Shown: one piece after another, positions 52,201-61,833 of the stretch
How the letters are laid out: each line of letters begins with the position of its first letter
How positions within the stretch are numbered: position 1 is the first letter of the stretch
From: Escherichia phage E26
Reading direction: 5' to 3' (one strand)
Sequence record: MN655998.1
Length of the DNA: 64,000 bases
The notes under the pieces: model-generated
What the model was told of the DNA's origin: nothing
Databases searched by the model: none
Seen by the model: only the letters and a program-made list of their open reading frames with translations
Position numbers and translations under genes: made by a program

Positions 52201-52703
52201 TCGTACACACAGGAAACGCTGACGAAGTTCTTAACCGTCAGTTTGTTAAGAATGCTGGCGATACAATGGTCGGTAAGCTGACTATGGATAATGCGCCTAT
52301 TGTTTCTGTTAAGCATGAAGCTAGCGCGGCAACCGCCCCAGCAATCGGTAACATCGGTTTCTGGAATATGCGAGTTACTACCCAGAACATCAAAGAAACT
52401 TATCCAGAGAAGAAAAACGGTACTCTGATGCAATGGGGTACTGACGCGGACGGGCTTACCCAGCTTTGGTCCCCTGATGGTACTCATAAACATTATATCC
52501 GTTCCGGTACTGGTGGTCAATGGACCGCATGGGGTGAAATTTACACCAAACAGAATAAGCCTACCGCTCAGGAAATCGGGGCAGTAGTTGCAGAAGGTGG
52601 TTTAATGAACTCTATGACGGTTCGTGATTGGATCAAAGTTGGTAATGTTAAAATCATCGCCAATAATCTGACTCGTACCGTAGACTTTATCTGGGAAGAC
52701 TAA
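49269..52703 (+). CDS. 34: long tail fibre proximal subunit gp34
   Basis: 1144 aa; MADFSQHFKA N-terminus and repeated GIAEIATQ.ET.. motifs as in T4 gp34. Confidence 0.88.
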   Translation: MADFSQHFKATFGFDAGNEKVVNVALADKNVNTDAVNVEFFNYHNGITQYDTTRGYDQYGTTIYQNRPYYAKEDITKPAGDFDPTKWQALRTDPRWDYIAATSGDTPLKSGDYIAADGQFANLTFSMPTKPAEGDTITVKDIGGKCGVNELSFLSSGHEFYHNGNVYNRKWYCTTPYAMNYFIFVRNRWHVYQTGTEPRGVYAQPAIDAIQMQNGDQVFRRSSLGNITLVLPKFANNGDMIQTTDLDGLTATNHVTVKVHEHAEEQSIGTSGLKEIIGKRSGHGVFIFDKTENLWRLWDGDQSVRLKPIIDDTRLQPNSYVAVFGDRDVTLTLPTNVEPGDRIQVSMQYMHGNQNCRIITATEDTKILMSKNMVQFPKRSEYPFNGTDTWKEVSELSFNAASDYVPYLEFSYSEGDDGKKHWLVAHSHPIVERVDPTRKERVGVIALATQTETNKNHEENPSDEVAVTPKMLANKTANETRRGIARIATQAETHQDTGSNFLDDVIVTPKKLNDCVATEARRGVMEIATQHETNEGLDDTRAITPKKLEERRASEDLAGIAEIVQAGGSAAARRGEAGTGIYNINDHAKIVTPQNINEVKATETSRGVGYLATDAEVQGATESTPQDALLITTRTLTKRTATESRTGIAEIATQEETNLGQSDNHIITPKKLHGKKATEGKEGIIRVGTQAETVAGTLANVAISPKNFKYVVQTEDTWKATEARRGFLKVATQENCFVGDNLQGSTQELGNYQHDGIAVTPKGLNYALANFLPKMATAQNSLKLGNVEAAKWARRDIDQTIESNYTFNKKVNVKGDLECLKSGSFETLYVTKNSTDDPSNGHLVLGERGVDGHTGITLHGTTASEGMKNSWSIIVGGTGTAQAVNSGAIAFGQINDGGVVEHYAFAMEHTGDATAYRNLMAGRNLYAKQGGLYIVDLSNPAMTRSSDGMLNIGHGGSVNIKAGYQNLTTEIAGQKYQIVHTGNADEVLNRQFVKNAGDTMVGKLTMDNAPIVSVKHEASAATAPAIGNIGFWNMRVTTQNIKETYPEKKNGTLMQWGTDADGLTQLWSPDGTHKHYIRSGTGGQWTAWGEIYTKQNKPTAQEIGAVVAEGGLMNSMTVRDWIKVGNVKIIANNLTRTVDFIWED

Positions 52704-52736
52704 TTAAAGGGGGCGAAAGCCCCCTATGGGGTTATT

Positions 52737-53876
52737 ATGACACAAGAGATAGAATTACGCAACACTGGAATTAGGTTTGCGCATTTCGACGAAGACTCTG
52801 CGACATTTACCAGCATTTCAGAAAATAACTCTGTGATGTATAAGCTGGAAGTGCGCGGATCTAATGCGGATTCTACCAAACCAGCAAGGATTAGATTTAA
52901 TGGAGTGGAGATCGTTGGCACTGGCTATGAAAATGGCCTAAATTTTAAAGTTCTTACTCCAACTGGACAATTACACGAAGAAAAGGTATTCTATGGTCGC
53001 GGTGCTGTTTTGGCAATGCGTGATTATCTTTCTTTGCTGAAAGGTGACTATATCATTGCGATGGCAACGCATGGAGAATTGTTTGCAGATCCGGTAAGTG
53101 ATGTTGTATTTTCTAAGCTGGGATCTGTATCATTCCCGAATCACATTTTGTTACAGCAAATGCCTCGTGTATCATATGCAGCAATTTATTCTACTAAAAT
53201 GGGTAAAATTGTGTGCGAAGGGATGCAAGCAACTCACGGGGAAGGACAAGATTCATCTATACAAATTGAGAAAGTCTATGATACTATAGATGATCTTGCT
53301 ATAACAGGAACACCACAACGATTTTTAGATTATCCGGTTGAGTATGTTAGCGAAGATGCCGAACATTTCGAGCTAATACAATGGCCTCACGATGAGATCA
53401 GCGCCCCACTTGAGGATTTTAACATAAAGGCAGGTGACAAACTATCAATATCCTTTGAATTGTTCCGTGATAGTGCCGCAGCCGCAGCCAACGTAACCGC
53501 GCGTTTCTATCACAACTACTTCACCGATGGACAATATCAAACTGGTGTTCGATACAATGCCAGCAAAAAAGATCAATGGGAAAAGTTTGAAGCAGTCTAT
53601 ACCGTACCGGAAGGTGTCGATAGTGTAGTAACTGGTTGTATCAGATATCCAACCAACTCAAATGAAGGTATTGTTAAAATTAGAAACATACTAATAACGC
53701 CGATCAGTGGAGTCGTCAAAACTACTGGTCCTACTTCATTTGGTGTTAATGGTGTTAGAACAACTCATATTCAGGATAACGGTGATTTTACTAACCCTGT
53801 AATGAGTCTTCTTAAACTGCCTAGAGATAATAAACACATCACATCCAACAACTTTAAAGAGTTCGATGTTGATTAA
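52737..53876 (+). CDS. 35: long tail fibre hinge gp35
   Basis: 379 aa; synteny between 34 and 36. Confidence 0.75.
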   Translation: MTQEIELRNTGIRFAHFDEDSATFTSISENNSVMYKLEVRGSNADSTKPARIRFNGVEIVGTGYENGLNFKVLTPTGQLHEEKVFYGRGAVLAMRDYLSLLKGDYIIAMATHGELFADPVSDVVFSKLGSVSFPNHILLQQMPRVSYAAIYSTKMGKIVCEGMQATHGEGQDSSIQIEKVYDTIDDLAITGTPQRFLDYPVEYVSEDAEHFELIQWPHDEISAPLEDFNIKAGDKLSISFELFRDSAAAAANVTARFYHNYFTDGQYQTGVRYNASKKDQWEKFEAVYTVPEGVDSVVTGCIRYPTNSNEGIVKIRNILITPISGVVKTTGPTSFGVNGVRTTHIQDNGDFTNPVMSLLKLPRDNKHITSNNFKEFDVD

Positions 53877-53887
53877 CATTTTTAACA

Positions 53888-53917
53888 AGCCGATCCATGT
53901 GGTCGGCTTTATTTTTA
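53888..53917 (+). terminator. Rho-independent terminator after gene 35
   Basis: GCCGATC-CATGT-GGTCGGC hairpin followed by TTTATTTTTAT. Confidence 0.6.
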
Positions 53918-54037
53918 TACAGTTGGTTAAATTGTAACCAAAACGAAGAAAGATCTTTAGAATAATAGAAAATTTGTTTCGGTTAAAAATTAGTCAGTGC
54001 CTACGGCACGTCGCGAAGCGATATTTTGTTAACATTC

Positions 54038-54045
54038 TATAAATA
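54038..54045 (+). promoter_or_regulatory. T4-type late promoter TATAAATA for gene 36
   Basis: Exact TATAAATA 34 nt upstream of the gp36 ATG. Confidence 0.55.
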
Positions 54046-54078
54046 CTCGGAACTATAACTAATTTTTGAGGTTACTTT

Positions 54079-55569
54079 ATGGCAGATTTGAAATATGGAT
54101 CTACTGTAGGCGGATCTCCCATTTGGACGCAAGGAAACTTGACGATCCAGCCAGCGGGGGATCAGCTTTTCTACAAAGGTCATAAAATCTATACCGCTTT
54201 TGATAGACCTTCGGCTACCGATTTTGATGCTGTTAGTGCATCCGAAGGTGGCACATTTCAAAAGCAAGTTCATTTCGAGGAAGGTTTAAGCGTAGGTAGC
54301 GCATCGGCTGGAGAAACCAAAAAGAATGGTATCTTTAAAGGCCAGAGTGATGCCGCTAATTTTGACGGCGTAAGCTGGGGTTTGCATTCATGGAAGTCAA
54401 TCGGCTTTGTTAATGCCCGTGATGGCGTTATTATGGCGTATATTGACACCACAACGGGCGAATTTAAGTCTAAAGGGACTATCGAAGGGACAACCATTAA
54501 AGACACAGGTCAACGCGTCTATAGCCCTGTTAATAAACCAACGAATAATGATTTAGATTTGGTATCTCGTCGCGGTGATACTCTCACAGGAACATATAAT
54601 TTAAACACTGTCACTGTTAAACTATCGGTTGATTCGAAATTAATTGCAAGGGAACGTGATTTAATTAATTTTGATGCGACTAAGATCTATTATGGTAACG
54701 TTCTTGATACGTTGGTATTCCGAAGTAAAGATGAGCCTACCATTTTTGTTAATGGCAGAGAAGGTCGTTTTTATCACACCAACAATAAACCAACTAAAGC
54801 CGATGTTGGGCTAGGCAATGTCACCAATGATGCACAGGTTAAACGTGCTGGTGATATTATGGAAGGTAACTTGCAAGCGCCTAGAATGTTGGCGACAAAC
54901 GATCCTGCTGGTCCTAATGAATTGGTTCGTTTGAGCTACTTTGAGAGAAAATCAATGGTAGCAAATCCAACCATCATTGGAAACGTTGATTGGAACACTC
55001 TTATTAATCGCGGTATCTATCGTGTGGAAAATGCTGGGTCGGGTACTAATAAACCGTCTGATAGTTATTATAACGGCGTTTTAATGGTATATCGCCCAGA
55101 AGATGCGGTCGGTACTCGTCGAATTGTTCAGGTGTATTATCCTGAATCTATTGACCATCCGATGTGCTGGCGTTCGTGTTCTAATGAATCATGGACTGCA
55201 TGGAACTATGTAGATCACCGTAAATTGGCTGATATTCGCTATGTTAACGTCACCGGCGATACCATGACAGGACCGTTAACTGTTCCGGCTGCAAACGGTG
55301 TTAGAACGGCTAGAGGTGCATATAATGGTGATAACTACTATGCCGGGTTAAATAGTGCTGATGGTACTGCTATGATTCACCGCATTAGTGATATTAAAGG
55401 GACCGAAAAGCTGGGGATCACCCACGACTCAAAGGTCGTGTTTTTCCGTTCTAGAAACAATACTCAAACCCTGGACCGCTATCAGCTTTATCATGAAGGT
55501 AATAAACCTACTCCGGCTGATGTTGGAGCGGTTCCACTTAATGCGGTGATTGATTTTGGTACTTTCTAA
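54079..55569 (+). CDS. 36: long tail fibre distal subunit gp36 (enlarged)
   Basis: 496 aa; N-terminus MADLKYGSTVGGSPIWTQGNL...PAGD matches T4 gp36, which is about 221 aa. Confidence 0.8.
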   Translation: MADLKYGSTVGGSPIWTQGNLTIQPAGDQLFYKGHKIYTAFDRPSATDFDAVSASEGGTFQKQVHFEEGLSVGSASAGETKKNGIFKGQSDAANFDGVSWGLHSWKSIGFVNARDGVIMAYIDTTTGEFKSKGTIEGTTIKDTGQRVYSPVNKPTNNDLDLVSRRGDTLTGTYNLNTVTVKLSVDSKLIARERDLINFDATKIYYGNVLDTLVFRSKDEPTIFVNGREGRFYHTNNKPTKADVGLGNVTNDAQVKRAGDIMEGNLQAPRMLATNDPAGPNELVRLSYFERKSMVANPTIIGNVDWNTLINRGIYRVENAGSGTNKPSDSYYNGVLMVYRPEDAVGTRRIVQVYYPESIDHPMCWRSCSNESWTAWNYVDHRKLADIRYVNVTGDTMTGPLTVPAANGVRTARGAYNGDNYYAGLNSADGTAMIHRISDIKGTEKLGITHDSKVVFFRSRNNTQTLDRYQLYHEGNKPTPADVGAVPLNAVIDFGTF

Positions 55570-55575
55570 TTTTAG

Positions 55576-55599
55576 CGGGGAGACAATCCCCGCTTTTCT
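55576..55599 (+). terminator. Rho-independent terminator after gene 36
   Basis: GCGGGGA-GACAA-TCCCCGC hairpin followed by TTTTCT. Confidence 0.5.
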
Positions 55600-55639
55600 A
55601 AATAATGTTATTCTAATAACCGTTTAAGGATTTTATAAA

Positions 55640-58585
55640 ATGGCAGATTTAAGCAGAATCCAATTTAAACGCACTAGCACTAAAGGTCGTCGACCGGATG
55701 CTAGTACGATGAATCCGGGGGAATTGGCAATCAACCTTGCGGATCAATATCTTCTTACTAAAAATGATTCCGGTGCTATTATCAATTTAAGTTGTCCTCC
55801 GGTTTATGACCGTGACGTTACAATGGCGGGTAAAGTTAAAGGTAATAATTATATCTTAAGTAAAACCGCTAACTATCTGGAAGATCAGACAGCGCGAGAT
55901 CTTAACTACTTTGGCGCTTTCCGTACCAATGGTCTTGATGGTTTTCTAGAACTAACGCTAAACGTTCCTCATCCTACTGGTGTTCAGCATGGTCGAGGAT
56001 TTACTTTCCAGTATGGACACACTGGATCGCGTGTAGAAACTTATGGCTATAATAAAGAAGGTCAAAAAGCATTTAGCTATAAAATGTATCATGAAGGTGA
56101 TAAACCAACTCCAGGAGAATTGAACGTTTATAGCAAACAAGAAGTAGATAGAATGTTTGTTAAGAACGTTAAACTTGCTACATCTCCTAGTGATATCGTT
56201 GAAGGCTATTTTAAATTAGCAACTGCAATGATTCCACAAAACGGTCTTAGCGTATTTTTCCGTATTCATGGTGGTAACGGATATAACGTTACTGCATACG
56301 ATCAAGTTGATATTGTAGAAATTGTTATTCGCAGTGGAAATGGTCGCCCTAAAGGTGTTAACGTTATTGCATATCGCCGAAATACAAACAAATCATTTGA
56401 TGTTTTGGCTGTTAATACTTCTGGTGATAACTATGATATCTATGTGAAATATCAGCGTTACACTGATAACGTTATTGTTGAATTTGGTAAAAGTGTTGGT
56501 GTTAATCTGGTAGTTCATGACGTTCCAGACTTTGTTGTTGATCGTCCTGTTGGTGATAATGTTATTGGCGGTCGCGCGGTAACTCTTTTTAACACCGAAA
56601 ACAAACGAGGTGTGTTGAGTTTTGACGATAACACACAAAATAGTTATGATATTGTTCACTTGAGTAATGATAAAGGTACTGGAAGGAAATATATTCGTAA
56701 ATTCCGTAGTAACTATAATGAAATGATCTGGCATGAGACTGTTCAAGGTTCTACTTATCGACTCGCCACGGGTAGTACAGATGCTCAGGAGATTCTATCC
56801 GTTGAATCTAGTAGCTCTATTGCTGGGACTCATAAAGGTAATATTCTTTCTGGTCGAATGATGTTAGGTGGCGGTAGTAATGTTATTACCTTGCGGCGTC
56901 CTGCTGGTCAATCCAACCATATTGCGTTTCAAGATAATCGGACTGGAGCTATTACCCGTCAAGGGTGGATCGGTTATGGTAATGCTGATACTAACGTTTT
57001 TGAATGGTATAGTGATGTAGGTGGTAGTTCTATTCGTCACCACATCGACGGACAGATCGAACTTGCAACCGGTAACACAAAACGCGTTTATACTAACGCT
57101 CAATTCATCTCAATGAATAGCGACGCCTACCGCATGCTCTACGGTAATTATGGTGCATTCTGGCGTAATGACGGCGTTAAAGTTTATCTTCTTTCTACTG
57201 CCGAAAATGATACAATGGGCGGATGGAATGCCTATCGTCCATTCATTTATGATTTAACTTCCGGTAACGTTCAATTAGGCGGTGATGGTAACGAAGAAGC
57301 ATTAACGTTAGAACGTGCTTCTCGTGCCGCTCGCTTTAGTAATGACGTTTACATTAAGAAAGGGCTTTTGACTTTCGACGCTGGTCGCTCTGGATCTCGC
57401 GATTATATTCGATTTAATCATTGGGGTGATAGTAATAATGCCCGTGATAACGTTTTGTACATAGAAGATAGTCAAGGCCGACATTTTAGCACAGAACGTG
57501 CGATGGGTACTGGTGCTCTTAAAGCATACTTCTTAGGCGATCTTGAAGTCGGTGGTAAGTTTACTTGGGGTAAAAATACAGCTACATCTAGCTTTAATAT
57601 TCGTGCATGGGGTAATGATTCCCGTAAACAAGTATTAGAATGCGCGGATGAAAGTGGTTGGCATTGGTATACCCAACGTCCAGGCGGTCCGGGAACAAAT
57701 GAGATTATATTCAATGTTAACGGGAAAGTTCAATCTCAGGGTTTTGAGACTTCTGGTAATATTAAGATAACTGGACCAGACATTGAGTTTCGTCGCACTG
57801 GCAATAAGCACATCTGGTTTAGAGATCCTGACGGCTTAGAATTGGGTTTGATTTATTGTGACGACAACGGCGTTATTCGTTTCCGTGGTCAAAAACAAAC
57901 TCAAGATTGGATATTTGGCAATAAGACGATCCAATTAGGAACTAGTGCTACTGTTAGTGGATCTGGTAACGGTTTGATTCGCGGACAAGTTCAAGGTGGT
58001 GCTTGGACACAATGGAGAGATCGTGCTGCTGGCTTATTGGTTGATTGTCAGAATACCGAAAACTCTGCACATAACGTGTGGAAAGCGACACATTGGGGCA
58101 AATTCCACATTGCAGCTATGGGTATTCACGTTTCAGGTGGAAATATAGCAAACGCATTGGCGCGTCTACATGTTAATGATGCAACTTTTGACCATAGTGC
58201 GAGCGGTGACTTCCAGGCAAGCCGTAATGGTAGCTTTAACGATGTTTATATTCGTTCTGATGCTCGCCTTAAAATCAATAAGGAAGAGTATAAAGAGAAT
58301 GCCACAGATAAAGTTAATCGCTTGACGGTATACACCTATGACAAGGTTAAATCTTTAACCGACCGTACTGTCATTGCTCATGAAGTTGGTATTATTGCAC
58401 AGGATCTTGAAAAAGAATTGCCGGAAGCAGTAACAACTTCTAAGGTCGGCGATCCTGATAAGCCAGAAGAGATCTTAACAATTTCTAACTCTGCTGTCAA
58501 CGCTCTTTTAATTAAGGCGTTTCAGGAAATGAGCGAAGAATTGAAAGCCGTTAAAGCTGAACTAGCGGAACTTAAAAAGAATTAA
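55640..58585 (+). CDS. 37: long tail fibre distal subunit gp37 with C-terminal intramolecular-chaperone-like domain
   Basis: 981 aa; N-terminus MADLSRIQFKRTS...PGELAINL as T4 gp37; C-terminus SDARLKINKEEY...IAHEVGIIAQDLEKELPEAV resembles peptidase S74 chaperone domains. Confidence 0.85.
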   Translation: MADLSRIQFKRTSTKGRRPDASTMNPGELAINLADQYLLTKNDSGAIINLSCPPVYDRDVTMAGKVKGNNYILSKTANYLEDQTARDLNYFGAFRTNGLDGFLELTLNVPHPTGVQHGRGFTFQYGHTGSRVETYGYNKEGQKAFSYKMYHEGDKPTPGELNVYSKQEVDRMFVKNVKLATSPSDIVEGYFKLATAMIPQNGLSVFFRIHGGNGYNVTAYDQVDIVEIVIRSGNGRPKGVNVIAYRRNTNKSFDVLAVNTSGDNYDIYVKYQRYTDNVIVEFGKSVGVNLVVHDVPDFVVDRPVGDNVIGGRAVTLFNTENKRGVLSFDDNTQNSYDIVHLSNDKGTGRKYIRKFRSNYNEMIWHETVQGSTYRLATGSTDAQEILSVESSSSIAGTHKGNILSGRMMLGGGSNVITLRRPAGQSNHIAFQDNRTGAITRQGWIGYGNADTNVFEWYSDVGGSSIRHHIDGQIELATGNTKRVYTNAQFISMNSDAYRMLYGNYGAFWRNDGVKVYLLSTAENDTMGGWNAYRPFIYDLTSGNVQLGGDGNEEALTLERASRAARFSNDVYIKKGLLTFDAGRSGSRDYIRFNHWGDSNNARDNVLYIEDSQGRHFSTERAMGTGALKAYFLGDLEVGGKFTWGKNTATSSFNIRAWGNDSRKQVLECADESGWHWYTQRPGGPGTNEIIFNVNGKVQSQGFETSGNIKITGPDIEFRRTGNKHIWFRDPDGLELGLIYCDDNGVIRFRGQKQTQDWIFGNKTIQLGTSATVSGSGNGLIRGQVQGGAWTQWRDRAAGLLVDCQNTENSAHNVWKATHWGKFHIAAMGIHVSGGNIANALARLHVNDATFDHSASGDFQASRNGSFNDVYIRSDARLKINKEEYKENATDKVNRLTVYTYDKVKSLTDRTVIAHEVGIIAQDLEKELPEAVTTSKVGDPDKPEEILTISNSAVNALLIKAFQEMSEELKAVKAELAELKKN

Positions 58586-58625
58586 GGAAACTCCCAGGGA
58601 AGGGAACTACTAAGGAGAAACGGCT

Positions 58626-58865
58626 ATGGTCTATAATATCGTCATTGGTGCTTTGTCTAATTTCGGAATGAAATTATTGTCAAAGTTAATTAGTGAAAAG
58701 ATGCTCACTAAAATTTTCTTCTATTGCGCTCGTCGTCTTGCGGCTTATACCAATACGCCAATTGATGACCGTTTCGTGGAAGAACTTTATAAGGAGTTTA
58801 ATAAAGATCAGTCAGAAGATAGTAACGAGCAAGATAAACCTAGTGATAGTCAACTACCTAAATAA
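58626..58865 (+). CDS. small membrane protein
   Basis: 79 aa; N-terminal hydrophobic helix, acidic C-terminus; occupies the gene 38 position without resembling gp38. Confidence 0.4.
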   Translation: MVYNIVIGALSNFGMKLLSKLISEKMLTKIFFYCARRLAAYTNTPIDDRFVEELYKEFNKDQSEDSNEQDKPSDSQLPK

Positions 58866-58898
58866 GAGTACACTGTCATAGTTATCTTAGGGCATTAT

Positions 58899-59555
58899 AT
58901 GCAAGTTTCTGAAAAAGGGAAAGACTTTGCTATCTCAAATGTCCTGCGCGCTATTTTCACAACTAAAAGCACGGAGTTGCTCGTACTTCGTGTTTTTGCT
59001 GCCGTCGTGTTGTCCATATTGGCATTTGTCGTTTATAGTAAAAACGAGTTATTTGCGCTTTATAAAGAGACTCGTTATGAGACTTATGCTCACATTCTCC
59101 AGGTAGAGAAAGACCGCAATTTTGATAATGCAGCACAGGAGCAGTTACAGATAGTTCATGTGTCGGCTGATGCCGATTTTTCTGCTGTTTTTAGTTTTCG
59201 TCCGAAAAACCTAAACTATTTTGTTGATTTGGTGGCATATGAAGGAAAGCTACCGCACACAATCGATGAAAAAAATTTAGGCGGATTCCCTATCAATAAA
59301 ACGAGTGAAGAATATCGTAGGCATCTTTTAGGTAAATCATATTTTACCGATAAAGATTTCCAGTATATTCCATCAAGAGAAAAGAAATTAGAGAATATCG
59401 ATATAGGTTTCATGTATTCTTGTCCTATATTCAATCTCGATAATGTCTATTCTGGTAGTATCGCCATTTCATGGAAGAATAAACCGGATATTGACATTGA
59501 GAATTTAGATACTCTTTGCAATCAATCTGCCAGAATCCTCGGAAGGATTAGATAA
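58899..59555 (+). CDS. t: holin T
   Basis: 218 aa; QLQIVHVSADADFSAVFSFRPKNLNYFVDLVAYEGKLP, MYSCPIFNLDN, ARILGR match T4 holin. Confidence 0.9.
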   Translation: MQVSEKGKDFAISNVLRAIFTTKSTELLVLRVFAAVVLSILAFVVYSKNELFALYKETRYETYAHILQVEKDRNFDNAAQEQLQIVHVSADADFSAVFSFRPKNLNYFVDLVAYEGKLPHTIDEKNLGGFPINKTSEEYRRHLLGKSYFTDKDFQYIPSREKKLENIDIGFMYSCPIFNLDNVYSGSIAISWKNKPDIDIENLDTLCNQSARILGRIR

Positions 59556-59561
59556 CTTAAA

Positions 59562-59596
59562 GGGGAAGCCTTTCGGCCTCCCCTTCTTTTTATTGA
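59562..59596 (+). terminator. Probable terminator after t
   Basis: GGGGAAGCC-TTTC-GGCCTCCCC imperfect hairpin followed by TTCTTTTTATT. Confidence 0.45.
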
Positions 59597-59838
59597 CGCA
59601 TAGACGCGCCTGAATCACATTTTGACGCTGTATGATGAAAACATGTAGCGTACCAGTCATCGGCTTGTTTGTCTTCGTCAGAAAACGCGTAATTTCGTTG
59701 TATGCCGTTTTCTACTTTGACCAGTGCAATAGCTGTTTCTGGAAGATCAATCAATCGGACAAAATCACCATCTTCCCACTCTACACGAGCAATATCATAG
59801 CCCATCTCAAAGTATACAATCGCTTGTTCTAATTTCAT
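59590..59838 (-). CDS. hypothetical protein
   Basis: ORF track 82 aa. Confidence 0.45.
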   Translation of the reverse strand: MKLEQAIVYFEMGYDIARVEWEDGDFVRLIDLPETAIALVKVENGIQRNYAFSDEDKQADDWYATCFHHTASKCDSGASMRQ

Positions 59839-60164
59839 TCTGGAAACTTCCCGTAAACATTCTCTGCCAGCTTACGTGCATCTTTTACAATATCTTTCAT
59901 GTAATGACTATAATTTTTAGCTAGATCAATGATGCAATCAACAAAGAAGTAATAGCGTCGCAGTGCTACCAGCTCAACATCTTCAAGATGACCATTTTCT
60001 CCAATCGCTGAAATATGTTTAAATTCCTTTCGGATCGCGTCCATCGCTACATTAACTTCTTTTATAATATCTTTCGTATTATATGCACCTCGACTAATCA
60101 AAATTTTGGTTAGGTCTTCTGCTTTTTCGTGAAAGTTGTCAATTTCAAACTCGATCATAATCAC
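59835..60164 (-). CDS. hypothetical protein (tandem paralog pair with 60273..60605)
   Basis: 109 aa; C-terminus AENVYGKFPE parallels ENIFGKF of neighbour. Confidence 0.5.
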   Translation of the reverse strand: MIMIEFEIDNFHEKAEDLTKILISRGAYNTKDIIKEVNVAMDAIRKEFKHISAIGENGHLEDVELVALRRYYFFVDCIIDLAKNYSHYMKDIVKDARKLAENVYGKFPE

Positions 60165-60272
60165 CTCTCATAATTTCACGCTGTTGTTTCAACATTTTTT
60201 CGTGGTTTGCTAATTCTATACCTTGTAATAGCATAACCAGTGCAATTTTCAATGATTCATCATCTTTCATAA

Positions 60273-60605
60273 TCAAAATTTACCGAAAATATTCTCTGTC
60301 ATAATTCTTGCTTCGTCGATTATTTTCGTCATGTTCATGGTGTAGTTATGATCATTTAGTGCTTTAATGACAACGAGCAAGGAATCTAAAAACACTCGAT
60401 AACGGGTATATTCTACACTATTTGTGAATACCGATGTTTTCTCTACTTTATCGATCAGATAGCCTAAAACCGATAGCGCCTCGTTTACTTCCCTTGTTAC
60501 TTTATCGGCGCTAAACAGTACCGGATAAAGACGCGGTGTGATTAACCGCGCTGCCTCTTTCAATTCTGTCGCTTTCCATGATTCATATTTGTCATAGTTA
60601 AACAT
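60273..60605 (-). CDS. hypothetical protein (tandem paralog)
   Basis: 110 aa. Confidence 0.5.
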   Translation of the reverse strand: MFNYDKYESWKATELKEAARLITPRLYPVLFSADKVTREVNEALSVLGYLIDKVEKTSVFTNSVEYTRYRVFLDSLLVVIKALNDHNYTMNMTKIIDEARIMTENIFGKF

Positions 60606-60617
60606 TGTATAATCACC

Positions 60618-60962
60618 TTACAGATGAAAACCTGTTACGATCACCGCATCGATCATACCGCTAGGAATAAACGGTTCGCCCTCTTTTATTTCAACTTTGA
60701 ATTGATGCCATTTCGCTAATACTTCTTCCGGTACACCCAGCGATTCGGCGTCTGCTTTAGTTTCATCCATAATCCAACTAGGCTGCATGAGAGCATAGTT
60801 TACATAGTCCATTTCTGGGGTCATGTCATCAATGTTAATATATTTGCAGTTGACACGTTTCAGAATTTCAAATTCTTTATCGTCAACTTGTACCATATAC
60901 AATTCGGTAGTTTCTGGTATCAGTTCCCACACAATCAGTACATTTTTCATAGTTAACCTCAC
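60618..60962 (-). CDS. hypothetical protein
   Basis: ORF track 114 aa. Confidence 0.5.
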   Translation of the reverse strand: MRLTMKNVLIVWELIPETTELYMVQVDDKEFEILKRVNCKYINIDDMTPEMDYVNYALMQPSWIMDETKADAESLGVPEEVLAKWHQFKVEIKEGEPFIPSGMIDAVIVTGFHL

Positions 60963-61327
60963 TTAACAAAGATTTTCTTTAATGCTTTCAGGATCGTTGC
61001 TTCCGGCGCTTCTTCCGGTGGAGGAAGCAATTCTACAACTTCCTCTTCCAACTCGATATAGTCTACCAGATATTCTACATAGAATGCAAGTGCTTCCATG
61101 AAATTAGATGCTACATCCGATTCGCCACACGCGCCCACATGCATTGTATAAACATCACTGCGATCAAGTTTGTGGATGCTTCCCAGATAGTTTCGGTTAT
61201 ACCAAACTTCCCACACTTTCAGTTTTCCGGTTTTGGTTGCGGTTTTATAGTCTGTTTCGTAGTGATGCAATTGACGTTGCAAATCATTGATAATAACACA
61301 TTTTTCGTAATTGTTTTGAATTTCCAT
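60959..61327 (-). CDS. hypothetical protein
   Basis: ORF track 122 aa; 4-nt overlap with downstream gene. Confidence 0.5.
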   Translation of the reverse strand: MEIQNNYEKCVIINDLQRQLHHYETDYKTATKTGKLKVWEVWYNRNYLGSIHKLDRSDVYTMHVGACGESDVASNFMEALAFYVEYLVDYIELEEEVVELLPPPEEAPEATILKALKKIFVK

Positions 61328-61337
61328 GATTTAATCC

Positions 61338-61529
61338 TCACTTATCGTTAAGAAGTTCTAAAACTTTCTGTCGTACTTTGTCAATATCGGTTGATTCAAA
61401 AACTGTACGGTATCCCCAGCTTTGACCGTATGAGCGGTTGCAATCTCCATATCCCCATTGTTCAACCTGGTAGTATTCAAGGAATTGGTGCTGCCGAACT
61501 ATGATACCATCGCGATTAAAAATTACCAT
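61338..61529 (-). CDS. small hypothetical protein
   Basis: ORF track 63 aa. Confidence 0.45.
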   Translation of the reverse strand: MVIFNRDGIIVRQHQFLEYYQVEQWGYGDCNRSYGQSWGYRTVFESTDIDKVRQKVLELLNDK

Positions 61530-61551
61530 GATATAATCCTCACGTCAAAAC

Positions 61552-61830
61552 TTATCTTCGGTTGTACTTCTGCCACTTTCGGTAATACTGCTTGTAATGT
61601 TGTTTAATGTTTGTTGGTTCGTCACTATACATGTTATCAACCATCATGTCAATAAGACCTTCCGGTGTTTGATAGTTACCCGCTCGAATGAGTTCCTTAA
61701 TCAAAAGATCTTGTGTCGCTTTATACTTGACAATAACAATTGTCTTTTCTGCCTTTCCAATTCCGATCCGGTCGTTAGCTCTCATAGCATCCCACCAATC
61801 TTTTTTAAACTTCATGTTGTTAAATTTCAT
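61552..61830 (-). CDS. hypothetical protein
   Basis: ORF track 92 aa. Confidence 0.45.
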   Translation of the reverse strand: MKFNNMKFKKDWWDAMRANDRIGIGKAEKTIVIVKYKATQDLLIKELIRAGNYQTPEGLIDMMVDNMYSDEPTNIKQHYKQYYRKWQKYNRR

Positions 61831-61833
61831 AAT

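Noticed and set aside
55600-55639. Late promoter for gene 37
   Set aside because: Only imperfect matches (CTAAATAA, TATAAAAT) are present upstream of gene 37; not called.
60148-60270. Minus-strand 41-aa ORF in the gap between 59835..60164 and 60273..60605
   Set aside because: Overlaps the start of the downstream gene in another frame and has a weak SD; too uncertain.
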